A DNA stretch of 64,000 nt, taken from Tubiluchus corallicola (taxonomy: Eukaryota > Animalia > Priapulida). The translations under genes were made by a program, and so were the position numbers. The stretch covers positions 162,197-226,196 of the forward strand of contig JAQGDQ010000237.1 in assembly GCA_030141605.1 (NCBI GenBank), in the 5' to 3' direction. This document shows positions 55,946-64,000 of this stretch, piece by piece (the first letter of the stretch is position 1; every line of letters starts with the position of its first letter). Under the pieces are notes generated by a model. That model did not search any database. It had not been told where the DNA came from and saw only the letters and a program-made list of their open reading frames with translations.

Positions 55946-58900
55946 TGTCACGGATTCCCGTGATTGAATTCTACTCTACAGCATTGTAAACTAGTTTATT
56001 CCGGTTCTATAACCTTTGCAAATTTATCTAGAGTGATTCAATTAGGTTAACCTTGAGTTATTCATACGGGCTTCATTCCGAAGCTATAAATTCCTTCGTC
56101 ACCATTGTACAGGTGAGCATTTGACGGTTGCTTTTCCTACAAGCAGACGTCAAATGGTCCGCCTAATTCGTTAGGTGAATTTTTTTCCCCCTTTCTTTAA
56201 TAGTTTTTTTTTGGTTATGTGCTGATATGTATCTATAAATAGGTTTACTGCTGTTATAAGAAGTAACTATGTAATTGCGACAAATCTTGTGAATTGAATA
56301 AACTTTATTTGGGTGGCCACTCCTTTTAAACCAATGGTTATGAAGTTTTTGTTAAGAGTTAAAATTTAGTCTAAATTATGTTTCAGTAACAGCAAACCAT
56401 TCTAATTATCAACTCGTAGACTTAAGCGTTATGCACCTTTCTCTATAAAAAATATACTAGACTATATACACTTCCACGTAATTGTTTAACTAAGAACCAG
56501 GCCGACGTCTCTCCCACAAAACTTATGAAAAAATGAGCATTTTTCACATGGTGCCTCACACCGGTTTTGCTTAAATTAAATCCGTAAATATTTGAAGTGT
56601 GAGCACTTGCTAGGCTGCTTAAATTTTGCAAATTTTGCTGCTGTCCAAAAAGTTCTTTGCCCTCGGGAGGGTGCTTCATATTTTTATAGTCAGTTTTATA
56701 AATTATATGCGCTCGAGTCATTTAGTTTAGCGCTACTGATACAAATAAGCTGACGTTGATAAGACCTGTAGAGAAGCACAAGGCTTACTATAATAGTAAG
56801 ATATAACGCTATAACTTGAATCATACGTTTGTTGTATTCTTAATGGTAGCCTTTGGTATTGATTTTATGCTTCTCGTAAGGCACGTAATTTGTGACAGCA
56901 AAACTAAATATTGTAATTTCTACCTTTTATTTTCAGCCTAGCATAGTATATAGTCTGATAATATATTTTATTTTACAGCTTACTTCGCTGACAAATTTTT
57001 TCTACAGGTTTACGAGCTTAACTAGGACGTTTTGCTGTACAGCTTAAATCTGGGTCATTTTTGTTTATAGCTGTAGCATAGCGTATCGGCTCCAAGGTCA
57101 AGGGCTGGAAAAGGTCGCAGCGTTTATACAGCACATAACTAACTAGTACTAGAAATATTCATTCTTATTTGATTGCGTATAGTTTGTTTACCTTTTAAGG
57201 TTTGATAAAATTGATTGATTGTTAAACGTGATTGTTCATCTTGTGTCCTAATCCTATTACTTTACAGCATACATGTCTATACAGACTCGTAGTAAAACGG
57301 CTAAGATGGAAAAAGCGTTAAAAAGTACATATGAATCAGGAGACGAACAACATCTTTCTGATACTGAAACTGAATTTGAGGCAGAAACTTTGGATCAAAC
57401 TTCATCTGTTGATCCGCTTCCCTCAGATGGTTATCAAGGGGTTAAACCTAAGAAGCCTGTTGTTACTGTCACTACTACTGACACGCTAGCTTCGACGACA
57501 GCGGCTAAACCTGTAACTACGGGTACGGCTACAATTACTACTACAGCTATTCCTTTGCTGCCTACTTCGAATCCTGCAGCTGCGATGAAAATCGAACCCC
57601 AGCAAGTGGCGGCCAACGCTAGACTTTCTTCTTTTATGCTTATCCGAGCCAAACAAATTGAACAAATACACAAAGATGAACTAGAAGCCAACACTCTTAT
57701 CTCAGCTTCTTCTAGTGTTATCTCACGAAACCCCAGTCAATATTTACAGCGGGTTAAAACTTGCATAGCCTCACTCAAGGCCAGACTTCAGAAGATAGAC
57801 CAATTGTCAGAATCGATCTTGCAACTATCGGACCCCCACTCTGTGCTTGAGCTTACTGCACGCTATACAGATGAAGACATCTTACTGTCTAACCAAGTGA
57901 CTTCTCTGATTGCCCAATTAGACATTAAGACTGACAGTGACTTACGAACTAGCATCTCACCTCAGTCACCAACTCCATTTCATCAGTCATCATTCAGTTC
58001 ACCGCATGCTTATAGTAGAATTCCTAAACTTGAGATTAAACCATTTAACGGAAATATACTTGAATGGCAAACCTTTTGGTCAATGTTTTCTGATGTTGTT
58101 GATTCTAATCCTGATCTATCTAAAGTTCAAAAATTTCAGCATTTAAAATCTAAACTTACAGGTGTTGCTGCTCGCGCAGTCGAGGGTTACATAGTTAATG
58201 ATTCTAATTATTCTACTGTTATTGATTTATTGAAAGACAGGTTCGGCTGCCACGAAACGATTATTCAGCGGCATCACAAGGAGTTGACACACCTAGAAAA
58301 GTGTGGTGATGGTTTAAAAAATTTACGCAGGTTTTTGGATAAAATCGAAGTTCATCTGAGATCCATTGAGAGTACAGGTCGCAGCGTTGATAGTTCCTTT
58401 GTTGTACCGCTTATAGCCGAGAAACTTCCATATAAGGTGCTTTCGGCTATTCAAACGACAAAAGACATGACTAAGTCCAAATCGTGGTCAGTGGAAGAGT
58501 TACGTAATAGCTTGCGTGACTATGTGATACGACTGGAAGCTTTAGAAGAACAGCTTCACCGTCAACCTTCCACCCCTTCGTCATGGAAATCGGATCGTCC
58601 TAAGCCGGCTAGCACTACTAGAAATGACAGCGTGCTGCAGGCGGTGGATCGACCAGCTAATGCTGTTAAACGTCCAGGGAATTTCAACAGAGGTAAGCGC
58701 TCCTTTTGTATTTACTGCAAAAGTTCTGGACACTTTAATGATGACTGTGATGTTTATACAACTATTTCTGCTCGAAAATCTTTGCTAGTTAATCGTTGTT
58801 TGAAATGTTTAAATGATAGTCATTATTCTTCACAGTGTAAATCATCAGGATTTTGTGCATACTGCAAAGTTCCTGGTCACCACAGAAGCCTCTGTCCGAA

Positions 58901-61900
58901 GCGCTACCCTCAGGGCAATGTAGAACACAAGAAGTTATCCCAGCAACAATCTTCGAAGAAACCTTTACTGTCTCAGACAGCTTCCGAAAACGCTCTATAC
59001 TCATCTGAAGAACGTGTTTTTCTGTTGACAGCTTCCTGCGTTCTTGGCAACCCTTTTTCGGGTGCCAAATTACCCACGCGCTGCTGGATGGATACAGGGA
59101 GTCAATGTTCTTACATGACAATGCAGTTTGCCCAACAGCTAGGTCTCAAGCTCAGTAAACTTGATCATCTCTACCTTGGCACCTTCGGCACTAATAGTGT
59201 GCAAAGAGTACCTTGCTATACTTCCAGCGTGAACATGCTTACCAAAGACAACAAAACTTTACCGATGGTAGTCCGTGTTGTTGAGACAATCTCTCTCGCC
59301 ACTCATCGTCTAGTTTTGCCTAATGACATCTCAAATTACTTGAACCGTACTTATGGGCCATCTTTGGCTGACGACTTCTGTAATACTGACGGCACTTTAA
59401 CCCGAATTGATTTTCTCCTTGGCAACGACTATTTTTTCGAGATACTTAAACCATTAAAAATAGAAGTTATACCAGGATTTTATCTCTTTGATTCTCACCT
59501 TGGGTATATTCTTGGAGGCAGAATACCCAATTATCAAATCCTTGAAACTACACCGCCCCACAAATCCAGTCTTTTGTGCTTTGAACCAGGCGTGAGAACT
59601 GATGGTCTAGACGAGCCTCATAATTCTACTAATATTTTTGAAACAGTTTTTGCTAGCTTTGACCACCAAAATAAAAGCAAACCCATTGATGCTGATGTAG
59701 ACAGGTTCTGGGAATTGGATACAATTGGCATTTCTGACTGTCCTACCAATTCCGGTGATGTGGAAGCGGAGAAAAATTTCAAAAACACTATAGAGTACAG
59801 AGAAGGAAGATATTACGTTTCATGGCCTTGGAGAAAGAGACAAGAGGTGCTACCAGATAATTATGCTCTGTCAATTGGTATGTTAAAATCTTGTTTGCGC
59901 AGACTCTCCTCCAAACCAGAGTTGTTGGAGAAGTATCATGGTATTATTCAGGAACAACTTGGCAAGGGAATAATCGAACTTGTGACAGATGACACTATCA
60001 CAGGTAACACATTACATTATCTTCCTCACCACCCAGTGATAACACCACAGCGTGCTAGCACAAAGATACGTATTGTGTATAACGCATCAGCTAAAGCTAA
60101 TAAGGCTAGTCCTTCTCTCAACGAATGTTTATATAGAGGAGCTGTACTTATGCCTGACCTATGTGGGATTTTATTACGTTTCAGGATGCATCCGTATGCT
60201 ATTGTTAGTGATATCGAAAAGGCATTTTTGGCGGTGGGTCTTTTAGAGCCTGACCGTGATGTTACACGTTTTTTATGGATTAAAAACCCTAGTAATGTGA
60301 GTGTCACACCTGATAACCTACAAATTTTTCGTTTCCAGAGGGTCCCGTTCGGCATTCTTTGTTCACCGCATCTTCTATCAGGGACTGTACGATATCATTT
60401 ACAAAAAATGGAAAACGAGGTACCTGCTGCTAAATTGATTTTACCAAATATCTATGTCGATAATGTCATTTTAGGCGTGAATTCCACAGAAGAGGCAACT
60501 TCTTTTTACTTTCAAGCAAAACAACTGTTCTCCTCTGCATCGATGAACCTTCGTCAATGGGGATCCAACAACAAAGACTTCATCGACTTGGTTCCAAAGG
60601 ATGACAAAGTTCAATCCACGGAGATCAAAGTACTAGGTTTGAAGTGGAACACAGAAACGGATACGTTAAGTATTTCTCATAAGCTGCTTCCTAATTTACA
60701 TAACAGTGTTACTAAACGTGAAATTTTAAAGCAAGTTGCTTGTTACTTTGACCCACTTGGACTTTTTAGTGCAATTACCCTTAATGCTAAATTGTTTCTT
60801 GCAGAACTTTGGAAACTAAAATATGACTGGGATACTTCTTTGAGTCCTGAATTGGCTGAACGTTGGTTTGATATAGCTGACCATTTGTGTAATATAGTGT
60901 TAATAAATTTTCCTAGATGCATTTGTTTTGATCCTATTAATGTTTTGCACTTTGAGCTCGCTTGTTTTGCAGACGCTTCAGCAGTTGCTTACAGCGCTGT
61001 AATTTATCTTCGCCAGCTACATCATGACGGCACTATTCGCACAGATTTGGTCTTCACCAAGACAAGACTGGCTCCAAAGAACACAACAATACCCAGGATG
61101 GAGTTGTTGGGAGTACTAATCTGCGCGAGAGCTGCCAACTTTGTTCGAGAACAGTTGAAGATAAGTGATGTTATATGCACTATTCTTACTGATTCACAGT
61201 GCGTTTTGCACTGGCTTCGCTCAAGTAAACCACTGAGTACATTTGTTACTAACAGAGTAAGTGAATTACGCAGCTACAATGATATGATTTTTCGCTATAT
61301 ACCGTCTGAAAACAACATTGCAGACTTTGCCACTAAACCAAATTCTGGTGTTCTTAATGAGACCTGGTTTAATGGTCCTGAATTTTTACTTCACGAAAAA
61401 TCATTGTGGCCTTCTAGTGATCTTCCACCTGTTAATTCAGACGAGTTAAAGCAAATCGAGTCAGAAATTAAACTTAATGATTCTTGTACTTTTGCTAAAT
61501 TTGAATCGTCACTCATGACTGTCGATGCAAATAAGGTAGATCTTACCGTGATTCCATTGTCTAACCATTCTTCATTTGTCAGGCTGGTTCGTGTTACATG
61601 CCTTGTTCTGAAAGCCATCAGGAAATTTCGTCGTGATCCAGATACGTCTCATCGCATCACCTCTCGTGATATGGAACACGCCACCTTGATGTGGGTAAGG
61701 CATACTCAATCAGCATTTACACCTGAACAAATAAGGAACTTCCAAAACCTTGGCCCAATGGTCGATAATGATGGAATAATCAGATGCTGTGGTCGACTTG
61801 GTAATCTGGACACCTATGGCTCACGAAAACCTGCGTTGTTACCAAAGGACCACCCCTTTACTCTGCTTCTGGTAAGACACTACCATGTAACTCATTTACA

Positions 61901-64000
61901 CGTTGGAGCAGCTCAAACGTTGGCTCTGATACGTAAAAAGTACTGGATACCATCAGGACGCACTGCTGTCCGTAGTGTACTTTCTAAATGCACCATATGT
62001 CGTAAAGTCGAAGGAGGTCCTTTCCGTTTACCTAAAATGGCCGACCTACCTTCAACCCGTTTGTTTGAAAGTCGGTGTTTTCAATACACTGGACTAGATT
62101 ATATGGGACCAGTGATCACAAAAGAATTTTATGGCGGCAGTTCCAAGCCAATTTATGAAAAAGCTTGGATTTGTTTGTTCACCTGCCTTACAACCAGAGC
62201 AGTACATCTAGAATTAGTAAATAATCTAACAGCTGAACATTTTCTTATGTGTTTGCGCCGTTTTTTTGGTAGACGTGGATTGCCAGATATTATAATTTCG
62301 GATAATTTCTCGTCCTTCAAACTTGCCAAGCAAACGGTTACATACATTTTTGAAAATGCAATTCTAGATTTTTCAGCTTGCAAGGGTGTAGAGTGGAAAT
62401 TCGTCACACAGTTATCACCATGGACTGGCGGATTTTTCGAACGGTTAGTTGCTTTGGTGAAGCGTTCTTTGAGAAAGGTAATCGGTAATCATCCTCTTTC
62501 ACATGCACATCTCAATACTTTGCTTATTGAAATAGAAAATGTTATCAATAATAGGCCTCTTACTTATATTGATGCTGACATAAATTCTACTCATGCTCTA
62601 ACTCCTTCAGATTTTCTTAATCAGCAGATCTTGCACACTATGCCTGAGATGCACTACAGTGATACAGACTTTACAGTTGGTAAAGAAACCTCAGCACAGA
62701 AGTTACTTGCCTTATGGAAGAAAGGTCAACGGATCCTTAGCAATTTCTGGCGAATCTGGAAAGATGAGTATCTTCTCAGTCTTAGAGAACAGCATCGCAA
62801 ATATATTTCTCAACCTAAGGTAACCGTTCCGTTTACTCCTTGTATAGGGGATGTAGTACTGGTAGAAGACCAAAACCTTCCACGAGGACAGTGGCGCCTT
62901 GGCAAAGTTCTTAAATTGAAGCCTAGTGCAGATGGCTTAATTCGTAGTGTTGAAATTCTTGTTAATGGTTCCACTTTGAACAGAAATATTAAATGTCTGT
63001 ACCCCCTTGAATATCATTTTCATAACTCATCTCATACGACTTTGACAGACGTTTCGACTGAACACGTGTCTTGTCTTAACAAGAATGATGCTGCTGCTTC
63101 CATTTCAGATGCGGATTCTTCACCTCTACCTGTCAGCGAACGTCCAAAGAGAGAAGCCGCCAAAAAGGCAAGAAAATGGCTAACAGATGTCAGCACCGAC
63201 TTATTATCTAGTGATTAGTGAATAGTAGTAGTGACAGACTTTGAACTCTCGTTTGTTGATCCAGTACGTCATGGTTATGCTGATGCAGTTGGTTTCCTGA
63301 TTGGTTCAGGGCCCGTTCCAATTATGGTTACTAGTTGCGGTTATGATGGTTATGGTTATGTCAGTCACAGGTTATGGCAATGGTTACACTGCTATGCAGC
63401 TGATGGATGGAGTTCATGCCACACTACGTTTGCTATATGGAGTCTAAGACAATATTAGCTATTATAAATTGTCCTGTCTTCATTTGTAAATATTGTAAAA
63501 TACTTAGATTGCATAAAAAATCACCCCCAAAAACAATATAAAACACAAAACTAAATAGATAGTGTTCTTGCATTGTAACCATGTATAATCACAGATAGCC
63601 TGTGCTAGTTTATATAATTTTTGATATTTATTTGGATGTGCCTTTAAGGTACTTATTTTGATTTTTCTCACCCATATATTTTGACACATAACTTACGCAT
63701 GTATTTGATACAGTATTTGAGATAGATGGTAGGTTTTTGCAGGTTTCTCTGTGATCGTTATTTAGTTGTCTAGCATTTTACTACCTGATAGGATTGAGCA
63801 GGTTGTTTATTACTTGAACTTTGAACTTAAAATTTTTGTTTTCGTTTCCAGAGTGTCACGGATTCCCGTGATTGAATTCTACTCTACAGCATTGTAAACT
63901 AGTTTATTCCGGTTCTATAACCTTTGCAAATTTATCTAGAGTGATTCAATTAGGTTAACCTTGAGTTATTCATACGGGCTTCATTCCGAAGCTATAAATT
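55946..64000 (+). mobile_element. Full-length BEL/Pao LTR retrotransposon (5' LTR ~55946-56548; 3' LTR from 63854, running off the window)
   Basis: The 147 bp of the 3' LTR inside the window are identical to the 5' LTR start. TGT...ACA is followed by PBS-like TGGTGCC at 56549. Single gag-pol ORF. Confidence 0.95.
57273..63218 (+). CDS. BEL/Pao gag-pol polyprotein (1981 aa)
   Basis: DUF1759-type gag (IPKLEIKPFNGNILEWQTFW), three zinc knuckles, protease DTGS, RT (DIEKAF, YVDN), RNase H (FADAS, PRMEL, TDS), integrase (HHCC, GLDY, SDN, GGFFER), C-terminal PRGQWRLG domain. Confidence 0.97.
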   Translation: MSIQTRSKTAKMEKALKSTYESGDEQHLSDTETEFEAETLDQTSSVDPLPSDGYQGVKPKKPVVTVTTTDTLASTTAAKPVTTGTATITTTAIPLLPTSNPAAAMKIEPQQVAANARLSSFMLIRAKQIEQIHKDELEANTLISASSSVISRNPSQYLQRVKTCIASLKARLQKIDQLSESILQLSDPHSVLELTARYTDEDILLSNQVTSLIAQLDIKTDSDLRTSISPQSPTPFHQSSFSSPHAYSRIPKLEIKPFNGNILEWQTFWSMFSDVVDSNPDLSKVQKFQHLKSKLTGVAARAVEGYIVNDSNYSTVIDLLKDRFGCHETIIQRHHKELTHLEKCGDGLKNLRRFLDKIEVHLRSIESTGRSVDSSFVVPLIAEKLPYKVLSAIQTTKDMTKSKSWSVEELRNSLRDYVIRLEALEEQLHRQPSTPSSWKSDRPKPASTTRNDSVLQAVDRPANAVKRPGNFNRGKRSFCIYCKSSGHFNDDCDVYTTISARKSLLVNRCLKCLNDSHYSSQCKSSGFCAYCKVPGHHRSLCPKRYPQGNVEHKKLSQQQSSKKPLLSQTASENALYSSEERVFLLTASCVLGNPFSGAKLPTRCWMDTGSQCSYMTMQFAQQLGLKLSKLDHLYLGTFGTNSVQRVPCYTSSVNMLTKDNKTLPMVVRVVETISLATHRLVLPNDISNYLNRTYGPSLADDFCNTDGTLTRIDFLLGNDYFFEILKPLKIEVIPGFYLFDSHLGYILGGRIPNYQILETTPPHKSSLLCFEPGVRTDGLDEPHNSTNIFETVFASFDHQNKSKPIDADVDRFWELDTIGISDCPTNSGDVEAEKNFKNTIEYREGRYYVSWPWRKRQEVLPDNYALSIGMLKSCLRRLSSKPELLEKYHGIIQEQLGKGIIELVTDDTITGNTLHYLPHHPVITPQRASTKIRIVYNASAKANKASPSLNECLYRGAVLMPDLCGILLRFRMHPYAIVSDIEKAFLAVGLLEPDRDVTRFLWIKNPSNVSVTPDNLQIFRFQRVPFGILCSPHLLSGTVRYHLQKMENEVPAAKLILPNIYVDNVILGVNSTEEATSFYFQAKQLFSSASMNLRQWGSNNKDFIDLVPKDDKVQSTEIKVLGLKWNTETDTLSISHKLLPNLHNSVTKREILKQVACYFDPLGLFSAITLNAKLFLAELWKLKYDWDTSLSPELAERWFDIADHLCNIVLINFPRCICFDPINVLHFELACFADASAVAYSAVIYLRQLHHDGTIRTDLVFTKTRLAPKNTTIPRMELLGVLICARAANFVREQLKISDVICTILTDSQCVLHWLRSSKPLSTFVTNRVSELRSYNDMIFRYIPSENNIADFATKPNSGVLNETWFNGPEFLLHEKSLWPSSDLPPVNSDELKQIESEIKLNDSCTFAKFESSLMTVDANKVDLTVIPLSNHSSFVRLVRVTCLVLKAIRKFRRDPDTSHRITSRDMEHATLMWVRHTQSAFTPEQIRNFQNLGPMVDNDGIIRCCGRLGNLDTYGSRKPALLPKDHPFTLLLVRHYHVTHLHVGAAQTLALIRKKYWIPSGRTAVRSVLSKCTICRKVEGGPFRLPKMADLPSTRLFESRCFQYTGLDYMGPVITKEFYGGSSKPIYEKAWICLFTCLTTRAVHLELVNNLTAEHFLMCLRRFFGRRGLPDIIISDNFSSFKLAKQTVTYIFENAILDFSACKGVEWKFVTQLSPWTGGFFERLVALVKRSLRKVIGNHPLSHAHLNTLLIEIENVINNRPLTYIDADINSTHALTPSDFLNQQILHTMPEMHYSDTDFTVGKETSAQKLLALWKKGQRILSNFWRIWKDEYLLSLREQHRKYISQPKVTVPFTPCIGDVVLVEDQNLPRGQWRLGKVLKLKPSADGLIRSVEILVNGSTLNRNIKCLYPLEYHFHNSSHTTLTDVSTEHVSCLNKNDAAASISDADSSPLPVSERPKREAAKKARKWLTDVSTDLLSSD

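Noticed and set aside
57434-62407. Small ORFs overlapping the BEL polyprotein
   Set aside because: Antisense or alternate-frame shadows of the long ORF.

Overview
AT-rich eukaryotic DNA with GT-AG introns, most likely a marine invertebrate (inferred from gene and transposon content). Host genes, left to right: an unidentified low-complexity protein (+); a secreted coiled-coil plus C1q-domain protein (-); two tandem 7-exon divergent NIPSNAP-family paralogs (+); mu-crystallin/ketimine reductase CRYM (-); and exon 1 of tweety (+), head-to-head with CRYM. An intact, very young BEL/Pao LTR retrotransposon lies downstream of tweety exon 1, presumably in its first intron. Introns and spacers are dense with repeats: TTAA-flanked Kolobok-like elements, hAT-, Tc1/pogo- and Harbinger-like MITEs, RTE and CR1 LINE fragments, solo LTRs, satellites and microsatellites. 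Two items stand out. The first is a 2.65-kb TIR element (33797-36446) with no recognisable transposase that carries a spliced orphan ORF and a decayed Gypsy gag. The second is a TSD-flanked SINE made of a 5S rRNA 3' end fused to RTE-LINE-derived sequence (3870-4332). All calls come from manual reading; no database searches were run.
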